DNA from: Octopus sinensis
Lineage: Eukaryota
Length of the DNA stretch: 64,000 nt
NCBI RefSeq assembly: GCF_006345805.1
Contig: NC_043000.1
Location: 90,396,001 to 90,460,000 of the forward strand
Reading direction: 5' to 3'
In this document: in pieces, positions 42,421 to 55,124 of the stretch
Numbering within the stretch: position 1 is the stretch's first letter
How the letters are laid out: each line of letters opens with the position of its first letter
The notes under the pieces: model-generated
Database searches by the model: none
The model's input: only the letters and a program-made list of their open reading frames with translations
Told to the model about the DNA's origin: nothing
Translations under genes and position numbers: made by a program

Positions 42421-42991
42421 CATCACTATACATACATACATACATACATACATACATACATACATACATACATACAAATATATATATCTCTTATTATAAA
42501 AGGCAGATTTTATCTGCCTCCCTTTGGGAGTTATACAAATCTACAATATAGGATTTCTTCAATTACAATTTACCTAGCAGTTTTAAGAGTACAATGCATC
42601 GCGTCATGCCAGGTCCAGTTTTTAAAATTTAAACTCCAATTAAGCAAAATTTACAGAAAACTCACATTCTGGTGTGTGTGTCAAATGCTTTTCTTAGTCT
42701 GGTTTACAGCACACGCAAACGCACACACACAGTGGGCAACGAATAAAATGAAAGTAATTGACTTACTGTAGTGAGTGATTCTTTCACTCTGCCTCCCACT
42801 TCCTCTTTCAACACATACACACGCAAATATATAAATAAAATTGTAAGCTAACGTGAGTGGGTGTGTGTGGGTGTGCGCGTGTGTGTGTGTGTGTGAGGGT
42901 GCGTGTGTGTGTGTGTGCGTGCGTGTGCGTGAGTGTGTGATAGGAAAGTTTTTTACGACGAATATAACACCTATATCCAAGTAGCAGAAAG

Positions 42992-43362
42992 ATAAGACAG
43001 TAAGGTGTGATTTGAGGGAGATTTGGCTGCTATTTCTACCATGTCTAGCTGCCATGTAGGGGTCTCCCTCATAGGCTCATACATACATATATACATAGAT
43101 AAGACAGTAAGGTGTGATTTGGGGGAAATTTGGCTGCTATTTCTACCAGGTCTAGCTGCCATGTAGGGGTCTCCCTCATAGCTCATACATACATATATAC
43201 ATAGATAAGACAGTAAGGTGTGATTTGGGGGAAATTTGGCTGCTATTTCTACCAGGTCTAGCTACAATGTAGAGGTCCCCCTCATTGGCTCATATATATA
43301 TACATACATAAGACAGTAAGGTGTGATTTGAGGGAGATTTGGCTGCTGTTTCTACCAGGTCT
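42992..43362. repeat. Tandem repeat, ~3.5 units of ~103-107 bp
   Basis: Units start ataagacagtaaggtgtgatttg at 42992, 43099, 43205 and 43308. Confidence 0.9.
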
Positions 43363-43674
43363 GTTAGGCCTTCTCATGTAAACTCAAGCTTTCTCATGCC
43401 TTGACCAAAGCAGAGAATGTATTCTTTTATTCTTCTGCTTTTTCCAGCCATTGGTCTGTGGCCATGCTGGGGCAATGCCTTGAAGAATTGTAGTTTAATG
43501 AATCAACTCCACTTTTATTTTTGTAAGCATTGTACTTATTCTATCTGTTTCCTTTGTCAAACCACTAGGTGACAGGGATGTAAACAAACCAACATTCGTT
43601 GTCAAGCAGTGGTGGAGGACAATCACAAGCACAGACACGCACACACACACACATACATGCATACACATATACAC

Positions 43675-43709
<35 letters not shown>

Positions 43710-43727
43710 TATGTGTGTATATATATA

Positions 43728-44044
43728 TTGCAGCGTGGAAGGTGTTTGTAAGCCATTTAAGAACACACAAAAACCGTTACATTCACTTCAACATTTAAAT
43801 TTAATTTGCCAAAATATTTTCGTCGCTTTGAGACCGCGACCTGTTCACTGACAAAAATATCGTGCTAACAGGTCGCGGTCTCAAAGCGATGAAAATATTT
43901 TGACAAATTAATTTAAATGTTGAAGTGAATCTAACGGTTTTTGTGTGTTTCTTCAATGGCTTATAAACACCTTCAACGCTGCAACTGTTTTCGTTCCAGC
44001 ACACGATCTCAGATCAAGTCACTTGCTATGCAAGTACATCTCTG

Positions 44045-44050
<6 letters not shown>
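43728..44050 (+). mobile_element. PLE-like fold-back element: 118-bp inverted repeat plus 3' tail, between TA tracts
   Basis: Arms 43728-43845 and 43867-43984; unique tail 43985-44050. Confidence 0.7.
43805..43855 (-). ncRNA. Type-I hammerhead motif with G3:C8 covariant core
   Basis: uuuguca GUGAACA g gucgc ggucucaaa gcgac GAAA AUAU U U uggcaaa; 7-bp stem I, 5-bp stem II, palindromic stem III AAUAUU. Confidence 0.6.
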
Positions 44051-44090
<40 letters not shown>

Positions 44091-44184
44091 ATATTATATA
44101 TATATATATATATATGTATATTGGTAAAAACAGTAAGATAACAAAGGAAAGAAAGAGACCTCAATATTATGTAAATAGAGGAAA

Positions 44185-44578
44185 TCTTTATATATAAAAG
44201 TGAGGTTGTGTGTCTGTCTCCTACGATTTAGATTCCTAACTACTCCCACATTTTGCGGTGCAGTTTAACCAAAACCGGGTATCTTATAGTCGTGATTCAT
44301 ATCGAGACCGTCTGGGTATTAGCGCGCGTCTACGATGAGTCTACGATTTAAAAAAAAATTTACCATCAATTTTTCCCATTTTTAATCCATTTTTGACATA
44401 TATAAGGGAAGTAACTCTCTAAAATCTATTATTAAATCTCAGAACGTAAAAAGCTACAGTAACACCCCTCCCCCTTTGTGGTTAGCCATATTGAGATGGC
44501 TATTATACTTTACATCTCTAAAAATGCTTATATAATTATTTCCCTTACAACCCGAGCAACGCCGGGCGATACTGCTAG
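44185..44578 (+). mobile_element. Non-autonomous Helitron
   Basis: A|TC 5' end (tctttatatataaaa); 3' hairpin cccg-agcaacgc-cggg followed by CTAG|T. Confidence 0.85.
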
Positions 44579-44649
<71 letters not shown>

Positions 44650-44668
44650 AACATACATATACACAAAC

Positions 44669-45867
44669 ATGACAGAAGTAGATAGACACCTTTATAATCT
44701 TTAAAATTTATTTAAATCTGAAATTATACATTCAAATTATTTAATTATCATAACGTGAATATCAAATATTTTGTAGACATGCACTTTACATTTTTTAATG
44801 CAAGGACCCCATTAGACATGCTACTGATCCTATTCTCTGAGGAATTTATAGCCAAGTTTCATGCAGTAATCTCAAAAGATCTGGCTTTGAGGATACTTTC
44901 TTGTTTTTGGTTTTTACGAAGTTTCTGTCCATTATACTCCATAGGTGTTCAATAAGGTTCATCTGGTGACTAGTTTGGCTATGGAAGCTTTTTAATGCCA
45001 TTCTCTTCCAACCAGTCTTGGGTCTTTTTAGTCGTGTGATAAGGTGCCCCATCTTCCATAAATAACGAGTCTTCTTTAATCATTTCACCACTGGAGAAGA
45101 TTGGAAGGAGTCCTTTCTGCAATATGGACATATATTTATCTGAGTTTATGTTCCCTTCACACTACCAGCTTTGATCCCAGACCATCACAGGATACCTGAC
45201 GTGTTTCATAGTTAGCTGCATTCTTTTCACGTCAAATTTTTGATTACAGTCTCCAAACCCCACACTTGACCACTGTCGGATGAGTACAGCAAAATCTGTA
45301 CTCATCAGAGAACACGACAATGTTCCAAAATGCTAATGGCCTCTCCGCCATCTCATTGGCCCAATCTTTTCTCCGCGTGATATTGGCTGGTCGAAGAAGT
45401 AGCTTCACTCTTGCTGCTTTGCCATTAGTAGCCAGGTTTGTGGAGATACCTGACAGCTATTCTGGGACAGATATCAACTTGTTCTGCTATGTCAGAAGCA
45501 TTGCTACGAGGAGTATCCTCCACACTTCTCTTCACAAAACGAAGGGTCCTGTCAGAGAGCCTTGGTCAACCTGGGCGAGGTGATGTGGACCCCACCCCTC
45601 TCTGGTGAACTGCACAATCACTCTATTAACTGTAGAAAGCGGGATCCCAAGGTTTTCTACGATTTTATGCTAAGTCCACCTTCAGATTGACCCACAATAC
45701 AGCCTCTTTGAAATTCGAACAGTTCCAAGACTTCCTTTTTGTGCGTGGCATGATTAAACAGACACATATAGAACCTGAAAAACAGAAATTTAATTAATAA
45801 AAAAGATGAACCGTTTCAAGTTAAAATAAACATAAAGCGATATTTTATGGGGTGTCTATTTACTTCT

Positions 45868-45872
<5 letters not shown>
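44669..45872 (-). mobile_element. Tc1-like (DD34E-type) transposon with decayed transposase (ATG ~45751)
   Basis: 22-bp TIRs atgacagaagtagatagacacc / ggtgtctatttacttctatcat; motifs VVFSDE, MEDGAPYH, SPD.NLIEHLW. Confidence 0.85.
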
Positions 45873-45905
<33 letters not shown>

Positions 45906-46012
45906 TAATATATTTACCAACTAAATGTGGCGGTCCTTTAGAGGACGGCGCTACTGTTGTTTTAACTCTAGGGCAAGGGAGGTCATCGTTCCCATCTCTA
46001 GCTTTACATGAT

Positions 46013-46059
46013 ACACGCAGACCCGAGTTTCTGAGTGGTTACCAGTCTTCAGTGTGTGT
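46013..46059 (-). ncRNA. Type-I hammerhead ribozyme motif in a small insert between microsatellite tracts
   Basis: acacaca CUGAAGA cugguaaccacuca GAAAC ucgg GUC ugcgugu; stem II is imperfect. Confidence 0.6.
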
Positions 46060-46202
46060 TAATCCTGGCTAGCGATGAAGAACTCATTCCACTCGAAAAA
46101 ATACTATATCCTTTTTCTAGCGACTCACTGTTGCTGATCTCGTAAAATACATACATACATACATACATACATACATACATACATCATACATACATACATA
46201 CA

Positions 46203-46357
<155 letters not shown>

Positions 46358-46541
46358 TATATATATAATATAAGCGGGACCAGCCATCTGAATGTGGCTA
46401 GGGACAGGGCGGGGTGGTGGGGGTGTTACTGATGCATTTAGCCCCAGGCGACTATAGACGTCACCAGGAGAGCCGACACCATCACGGTGTCCTTGCTAGC
46501 CTGTAAAGGGAGATCAGCCTCTCCGAAGATACGGATGCTAC

Positions 46542-46582
46542 ACACGGACCGGTTTCGAGGTGGTCGCCTCTCGTCAGCGCAT
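46542..46582 (-). ncRNA. Canonical minimal type-I hammerhead ribozyme (copy 1)
   Basis: augcg CUGACGA gagg cgacca ccuc GAAAC CG GUC cgugu; palindromic stem III ACCGGU. Confidence 0.85.
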
Positions 46583-46901
46583 GGCAAGCACCGTTCTTCG
46601 TTGAGGTACTTCCTCTACAGGCTAGAAATATATAGATTTTCACTGTAAACACAGTCACTGGCGTCGAAAATCTGTTCGATAACAATAATAAATCTCTAAG
46701 CGAGGTATAAACAGTAACTGCTCTGTAATATAAGCGGGACCAGCCATCTGAATGTGGCTAGGGACAGGGCGGGGTGGTGGGGGTGTTACTGATGCATTTA
46801 GCCCCAGGCGACTATAGACGTCACCAGGAGAGCCGACACCATCACGGTGTCCTTGCTAGCCTGTAAAGGGAGATCAGCCTCCCCGAAGATACGGATGCTA
46901 C

Positions 46902-46942
46902 ACACGGACCGGTTTCGAGGTGGTCGCCTCTCGTCAGCGCAT
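46902..46942 (-). ncRNA. Canonical minimal type-I hammerhead ribozyme (copy 2)
   Basis: Identical to copy 1, exactly 360 nt away. Confidence 0.85.
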
Positions 46943-47130
46943 GGCAAGCACCGTTCTTCGTTGAGGGACTTAGAGCAGTTACTGTTTATACCTCGCTTAG
47001 AGATTTATTATTGTTATCGAACAGATTTTCGACGCCAGTGACTGTGTTTACAGTGATAATCTATATATTTCTAGCCTGTAGAGGAAGTCCCTCAACGAAG
47101 AACGGTGCTTGCCATGCGCTGACGAGAGGC

Positions 47131-48471
47131 ATTTTTAGAGAGTTATAGCAAATATATAGCAAAAAAATGCATTAAAAATGGAATAAAAAATGATGGTAAT
47201 TTTTTTTTAAATCGTTGACTCATCGTAGACATTTTTAGAAAGTTACTTCCCTTATATAATAGCGAAAAATGCATTAAAATGGAAAAAATGATGGTAAATT
47301 TTTTTTTAAATCGTAGACTTATCGTAGACGCGCGCTAATACCCAGAAGGGCTCGATATGAATCACGACTATAAGATTCCCGGTTTTGGTTAAACTGCACC
47401 GCAAAATGTGGGAGTAGTTAGGAATCTAAATCGTAGGAGACAGACACACAACTTCACTTTTATATATAAAGATTTGTGCAACAACTAAAACATTCGGTTG
47501 TGCAAATTATTTGCACAGGAAACCTGCCCTGTGTGGCGGTTTTTGCCGTTTTTGTGGATCTGTTTCAGCTTTTTTAGCGATTTCTGTTTTGGGGACTTCA
47601 AGCCATGAAGTCGTTGTTCTAAAAGAACGCTGGTCTCCTTGACAACGCTTTACGACGTTGATTTCCTTACACTCCCTTCCCCACAGCTTCACGAGGGAGG
47701 GAAGAAGGGGGAGAAGCAAACAGGTGCAGGTGTGACCGTGGACGCCAACTCTGCCGCCATCGACACACGAAAAATTATGCATTAAAATGGAATAAAAAAT
47801 GTTAAATTATTTTTAAAATCGTAGACTCATCGTTGACGCGCGCTAATACCCAGACGGGCTCGATATGAATTACGACTATAAGATACCCGAATTTGGTTAA
47901 ACTGCACCGCAAAATGTGGGAGTAGTTAGGAATCTAAATCGAAGGGGACAGACACTCACACAACTACAGTTTTATATATATACTAGCAGTATCGCCCGGC
48001 GTTGCTCGGGTTTGTAAGGGAAATAACTATATAAGCATTTTTAGAGAGTTACTTCCCTTATAAATTCGGGCTTTCTTAGCCATTTTTGTTTTGGTGTCTT
48101 CAAGCCATGAAGTCGTTGTTCTAAAAGAACGCTGGTTTCCTTCACAACGCATTACGACGTTGATTTCTTTACACTCCCTTCCCCCACGCTTCACGAGGGA
48201 GGGAAGGGGGAGAAGCAAACAGGTGCAGGTGTGAGCGTGGACGCCAACTCCGCCGCCATCGACATACGATGCATTTTATGCATTAAAATGGAATAAAAAT
48301 TATGTTAAATTATTTTTAAAATCGTAGACTCATCGTTGACGCGCGCTAATTGTCAGACGGGCTCGATATGAATCACGACTATAAGATACCCGAATTTGGT
48401 TAAACTGCACCGCAAAATGTGGGAGGAGTTAGGAATCTAAATCGAAGAAGACAGACACTCACACAACTAGA

Positions 48472-48480
<9 letters not shown>
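47131..48480 (-). mobile_element. Tandem of three non-autonomous Helitron copies (same family as 44185-44578)
   Basis: 5' ends at ~47472, ~47980 and ~48480; 3' CTAG + hairpin at 47983-48010; shared body. Confidence 0.8.
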
Positions 48481-48522
<42 letters not shown>

Positions 48523-48561
48523 GAAAAGTAAGAAGAATGAAAAGCGATAAATAAATACAAT

Positions 48562-48648
<87 letters not shown>

Positions 48649-48659
48649 GTATGCATATA

Positions 48660-49080
48660 TGTATGCGTGTGTGTTTCCCTACTACCACTGGACAAACTGT
48701 GTTGATTTGCTTACATTCCAGTAACTTAGCTGTTCGGCAAAAGAGACAGATAAATTAAGTACTAGGCTTTAAAAAAGTCCTGGGGGCAATTTGTTCTTCT
48801 AGACCCTTCAAGAGGCCGCCGTCCAATGACTGAAACAAGTAAAAGATAAACTTTATGATTTGAAATAAAATGTTTTGCAACATTTTGTCTCTTTTTTCTT
48901 TTATCTTTTACTTGTTTCAGTCATTTGACTGTGGCCATGCTGGAGCACCGCCTTGAATCTTTCGACCCCACAACTTTTTTAAGCCTGGTACTTATTCTAT
49001 CCATCTGTTTTATCAAACCGCTAAGTTACGGAGACGCAAACACAACATCCCATTTGTCAAACAGTGGTGGGGAAACAAAC
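48660..49080. mobile_element. Two tail-to-tail SINE family A 3' halves
   Basis: + copy 48660-48850, - copy 48905-49080. Confidence 0.65.
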
Positions 49081-49093
49081 ACACACACACACA

Positions 49094-49159
<66 letters not shown>

Positions 49160-49160
<1 letters not shown>

Positions 49161-49895
49161 ATTGGTACGCAATTGGTACTTAATTTATCGACTCCGAAAG
49201 GATGAAAGACAAAATCAACCTCGGCGGAATTTGAACTCAGAACTTAACAGCAGACGAAATACTGCTGAGCATTTCGCCCGGCGCGCTAACGTTTCTTATT
49301 TCTTTACTGCCCACAAGGGGCTAAACTTAGAAGGGACAAACAAGGACAGACACACGGATTAAGGCGATTACATCGACCCCAGTGCGTAACTGGTACTTAA
49401 TTTATCAACCCCGAAAGGATATAAAGGCAAAGTCAACCTCGGCGGAATTTGAACTCAGAACGTAACGGCAGACGAAATACCTATTTCTTTACTACCCACA
49501 AGGGGCTAAACACAGAGGGGACAAACAAGGACAGACAAAGGGATTAAGTAGATTATATCGACCCCAGTGCATAACTGGTACTTATTTAATCGACCTCCTA
49601 AGGACGAAAGGCAAAGTCGACCTCGGCGGAACTTGAACTCAAAACGTAACGGCAGACGAAATACCTATTTCTTTACTACCCACAAGGGCTAAACACAGAG
49701 AGGACAAACAAGGACAGACAAAGGGATTAAGTCGATTACATCGACCCCAGTGCGTAAGTGGTACTTATTTAATCGACCCCGAAAGGATGGAAGGCAAAGT
49801 CGACCTCGGCGGAATTTGAACTCAGAACGTAGCGACAGACGAAATACCGCTGAGCATTTCGCCCGGCGTGCTAACGTTTCTGCAAGCCCACCGCC
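49160..49895 (-). mobile_element. Head-to-tail tetramer of SINE family B (~185-bp period)
   Basis: Junctions at ~49296, ~49481 and ~49665; only the rightmost copy keeps a full head. Confidence 0.9.
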
Positions 49896-50137
49896 TAACA
49901 CAGCTACAGAGTAATTATTATATCCATGGTATTCATTATTGGCAACTTTAGCAAACGCGGAGTCACTGAGACACCGGAACACTCAACTAAATTTCTACTT
50001 TTATTATTTCTTAGTTAAGGTAGTCAACACCACAAAGAGACAACATTCCTGTCATTCCAATGGAATCAATTAAACTAAGTACCAGACATGCACTGATGTC
50101 AATTATATCGATTATACTCCAATTCTAAAAACATTTA

Positions 50138-50400
50138 GTGGAGATGTGAGACCTAGTGGTCAGGATGTTGGACTCATGATCATTAGACTATGGTTTCAAT
50201 TCCTCGACCGGGCGACGCATTGTGTTCTTAAGCAAAACACTTCATTTCACGTTGCTCCAGTCCACTCAGCTGGCAAAAATGAGTAATCCTGCGACGGACC
50301 GGCGTCCAGTCCAGTGGAGTAGATAAATATACGCCACGGAAACCGGGAAACCGGCCTTTGTGAGTCCACAGGGCTCAAGAAGGATGCATTCTCCTTATCC
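50138..50400 (+). mobile_element. SINE family C variant with V-domain-like segment
   Basis: Head and body shared with 1155-1481, then cctgcgacggaccggcgtccagtccag; a related fragment lies at ~58905-59000. Confidence 0.65.
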
Positions 50401-50589
50401 TTATCTAAAAACTGTAAATATCAGATGGAGAACTGATATAATTGTTAAAGTATCAGACGAACCACCAGCGGCATTTTGTTACAGCACTTTACGTTAGAGT
50501 TCAATTCTAGTCAACGTCATCTTCACCTTTCCTCTTTCTGGGGGTCGATATAAATAAAGTACTTGTCAAATACCGAATCGGTTTAACAC

Positions 50590-51360
50590 TCCTGTAATGT
50601 ACTCTGCAACCTAACTACAGAAAAGCTGTAGACCATGCTGACAGAACTGGATATCCATATTGCTCAGTAGTAGGCCTTAAAATGGACTACGTGAGAACGA
50701 AATACATGCGATCCGAAGACGTAGCACATGGCCGAATAGAGGTGGGGAGCAATGAACTTGAGGAGATAGTGAAGTACGTCTACTTGGGGTACAAAGAGAA
50801 TATATATACTGAGACATGCACGCAGAAATCCCTTGGGGATTAAGGTCAGGATGGAAGGCATTTACTTGAATAAAGCATGTACACAAAGCAAAATGGGACG
50901 AGATCTTACGTGACAGTCTCTTCAATAGCTGCGCTGTTATACGTAAGTGAGACGTGACCTATTACGAAGAGAAAAGAATATCGGTTGAGTAAAACGCAAA
51001 GAGCCATGGAAAGATACTTGCTAGGAATGTTATTGGAAGAGCATATCCAAAATGGAACAATTTCAGAATGGGGCAGCGTGAACAGCGTAATTGCAGAATA
51101 CTGAAAACACAAGTTCTGCTGGGCCGGACATGTAGCAAGTTCCACAGACAACACATTGGTCCGTGCAATTGCCGGGTAGTATCCAAGAGATTGGAAAAAC
51201 TCACTCAGAAGGTCTCCAAGATGATGTGAAGACGATTTAGTTTAGACCAAGGTAGAAAAGAAGGGCGCAATCCAGAAAGAATTGGAAGTATATTGTCACT
51301 AGCGGGATATAAAAGCATGCAATAGGCTGGTCAATATAAGTGATACAAGTGAGGTGATAA
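50590..51360 (+). pseudogene. RTE-clade LINE RT 3' fragment
   Basis: KYVYLG..LLYVSET*P..TQRAMERYLLG..KFCWAGHVA..YPRD. Confidence 0.8.
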
Positions 51361-51464
51361 GGTACACTAAATAAGAATTCATATATAACAGAAGACAAAT
51401 CAAGAGCCATTGAATTAATAAATTTATTTGATTGAAACACTGCTGCTAAGAATGGTATATTATC

Positions 51465-51667
51465 TTTTGTTTTAGTCATTTGACTGCGGCCATGCTATGG
51501 CACCACCTTGAAGTGTTTAGCCGAATAAATGCCTCCTAGACTTATTCTTTTTAAATCTGGAAATTTTTCTGCCGATTTTTTGCCGGGTTGCTAAGTTATG
51601 GGGACGTAAAGAAACCAACACCAGTTGTCATGCGGTGGTGGTGAGGGCAATCAAAAACATAAAGGCG

Positions 51668-51712
<45 letters not shown>

Positions 51713-51895
51713 GTATATATATATACGGCAGGCTTCCATACAGTTTTCGTCTACCAATTCACCTACAAGGCATTGGACGGCACGAAGCTATAGTAATAAA
51801 AAGCAATTGCTCAAAATGTTGCGTAGTGGAACTGAAACCGAAACAACATGGTTGGAAAGTGAGCTTCTTAAATATATAACAATGCCCGCGCCTAT
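51465..51895 (-). mobile_element. SINE family A, diverged
   Basis: Matches family A. Confidence 0.7.
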
Positions 51896-52674
51896 TGATC
51901 AGCTTCTTATCACTTTAATATATAATTAAAACATCTGACTAATTACTTGAACTAAAGAAGATTCTATCTTTATGGTTTACTTTGTACATTTATTTTTGTA
52001 ATTCTAAATTGATTTACAACTCATAAAACAGAAAAAATTCTAATAATAATTCTTTTTATTGAGCTATAACTTTTGGGATAGTCTACATTTCCTGTTCTGC
52101 AGTTTGATAGTCTGAAGAAAAGATATCTGCTTGCTCTAACGCCTGAGCACTCAACATAAAGCTAACTATGAGAGAAACATGGATCTGTCAGTTCAACTTC
52201 AGAAACCCTGTAGGACTCACTGAGCCTTGTTAAAGATTAACGACAAAAACAGTCACAAGAAACTGAAGACTCTTGAAATGAAAATGAAATTTCTGATAGG
52301 ATGAGAGCAATGTGCGAAACGGAAACATCGCTCTTGCCACAACCAATCATAATGGTGGTTTCCATCACAAAGGACATAAGAACCTTGACAGTTAGTCTTG
52401 TACATTTTACATAGTTATACTGCATCTAATTTTTTTCTGGCAACAGAACGCGTGTCCTAGTTTCAGTTGTAGACTTGGAAGATGGAGAGAAAGGACACCA
52501 ATGTGTTAGAGAGAATGAGGAAATTCAAAGTGGATAGTTAACAGCATCGTTATCGTCAACCACAGTGAGAACTGACTAATGCAATCCGAATTGGGTTGGC
52601 GTTTCATGTGGTATTTATAGTCCGCACAGTATAATTTATAAGATCTACAAAGCCACATCCAGAAAGCAGTCCCT

Positions 52675-52734
52675 GACTTTCTGTGAAAGGGTAGGACTTT
52701 CTGTGAAAGGGTAGGACTTTCTGTGAAAGGCTAG
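52675..52734. repeat. 3 x 20-bp tandem repeat gactttctgtgaaagggtag
   Basis: Directly visible; each unit contains the hairpin ctttc-tgt-gaaag. Confidence 0.9.
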
Positions 52735-53947
52735 GATAAAATTTCAAAAGCATTTCATGAAATGTGGTTTTGCTGTCTTTGCAAATACACTGAGTATGTC
52801 TCAAAGAAATCAATTCCAGCTTGACAAAGTGTTGCACACATCACCAAATGTATTCTTTGCTGATTAAATATAAGAACGGTAGTTCTTAGTGAGCAGTGAA
52901 CGATGGATTCAGTGTTCGTAGCTGATGAAGGGTAACGACGCAAAAACGCATTCATCCTACGATTTGATTCATCCTACTCATAGCCCAATGATGTATTTTC
53001 AAACACATTATCTTTGGGGAAAATTTTTTCCCGAGACTATTTTCTCATTGAAAGTTCTTCCACGTCCGAGTGTATTCGAACGTGTTAAATATGATTGCAC
53101 ACCAGTATATTTCATTCACCACTGCTTCGTGCACTATTTGAAAAATGCTTTACACATAACAACAAATGTACTATTTGCTATTTAAATAAAAGAACGTCCG
53201 TTCTTAGTGGGCTTTGAACAACGGATTCGGTGTCCGTAGCCGACGAAGCGTAAAAAACACAGTAGCGCGTGCATTCCTTTGTCATCCGATGACGTCTTTT
53301 TTAAATTTTTTGTATTCCAGTGGTGTGTTTACACACATATTGTCTATAAGTAAAACTTTGTCCCGAGACAGTTTTCGCAGCGAAGGGCTTCCCACTTTTA
53401 CATGTACACGAACATATTATGTATAACTGTACACAACTATATAGGCAATTCATATTATTCAGCTATTTAATACATTTTTGAGTCGAATGTCCTTTCCATC
53501 GTTTAGAACTTTTGATAGCTTTAGATATTTGATTGTGTATCTGCATGATTAGTATTGATTCTATCATTTTATAAATCAGAATTTCAATAAATAAGAGCAA
53601 ATATATAAATTTAAAAGATGTGTGATTTTTAAATACACACTCTCTACATATTACAGTTGGCTTTTCACTAAATGAAATGAGCACAGATGTATTAATTTGA
53701 AAGATGTGTGATTTTTACATAGACACTTTCTACAATATTATTGTTGATGTTTCATGGATGTAAATTTATCATAAATAGTTCAAATCGTATCACTGTTGGA
53801 AGGTCTACTGCTATGTCAAGATGTCGTCCTGAACCTAGTAAAAAGTTAAGTTTTGTCGACCGTCTGTGAAATGTTATCAAAAGCTACAGAATTCAATCAG
53901 CATTCTTGCAGATAAACTCCATCTGGACACACACACACACACACACA

Positions 53948-54002
<55 letters not shown>

Positions 54003-54157
54003 ATTTGGTGTTTTCATTCGATAGTTATTGCAGGCAGATATATGCTGTTGAATGCAGCTTCTGATAACTTTTCTTTCTTTCTTTCTTTCTTTCTTTCTAT
54101 TTCCTTCTTTCTTTCATTCTTTCTTTTTATTTGTATGTATGTATGTATGTATATATG

Positions 54158-54191
<34 letters not shown>

Positions 54192-55080
54192 TGTATGTAT
54201 GTATGTATGTATGTATGTATGTATGTATGTATGTATGTATGTATGTATTCATATTCTTTTTCATGAGATATGCACTTAAACTTCTCACCTGATAACTGTT
54301 ATCTGCAAGTATTCAGGCTGGACTTTTCTGATAAATATTAAGTCCTAGTATTTTTCGTTAGTATTTCGACATTACCCTGTTTCAGTCTCACAAACTATTC
54401 TTATCTCTTTCCAAGTAATTTGTAAATGGCGCGCATTAAAAAAAAATCACACGATATTCCAAGTAGTCAATACGGACGGTTTCGCAATCGCCATCTACCG
54501 AGAAATCTCTCAGGAACTCTGATTAGCTTTTTCATCAATTTCTGCAACAATTGTTGTAATTATGAAGAGATTAAAGAATAAACAAAATATAGAGTAAAAA
54601 ATAATTAGGAAAACTTCAGTAAATCAATTAAAAAATATAGAAGCAAAAACTTCCTGTTGCAAAAATTGTTCTTTCGTAATCTGTAAGCTTGAATTTTATG
54701 TTAATTTTTTTCTCTTCAGTATTTCATTGTATATTATAATTTCTTTCGACTTAAGCATTAGGCTTATTTGTTTATCCATCCATCGATAGAGTTGATTAAA
54801 TTAACTCCAGTATCTTATTGGTAGTTGCTCTGTTGTTTCCGAAAGAATGAACTAATAACTTCCGTTGTTGAAAAACATCTAGTCTGGTGGTTACGCCATC
54901 ATTGTTATAAATTCACTGAATCTGAAGCCGCTGGAATAATGTCATATTGTTTGAATAAAAGGCTTCGAAAATTGATACGAAGATTCATCATATGGAATCG
55001 TATATAACTGCCTTTTAAATATAATTCTGAGTTTCAGTGGATGACTTTTGTCCAGAAACGGTCTAACCGTTTCTGATATG

Positions 55081-55120
<40 letters not shown>

Positions 55121-55124
<4 letters not shown>

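Larger units (their letters stand above)
46367..47130 (-). mobile_element. Retrozyme-like element: 360-bp unit in tandem (~1.7 copies) with an inverted terminal segment
   Basis: 46367-46611 is repeated at +360 with about 2 mismatches; 46972-47130 is the reverse complement of ~46565-46724; one HHR per unit; no meaningful ORF. Confidence 0.75.

Noticed and set aside
52921-52960. CTGATGA motif as a hammerhead core
   Set aside because: There is no stem II/GAAA/stem III arrangement downstream, and the paralogous copy is not conserved.
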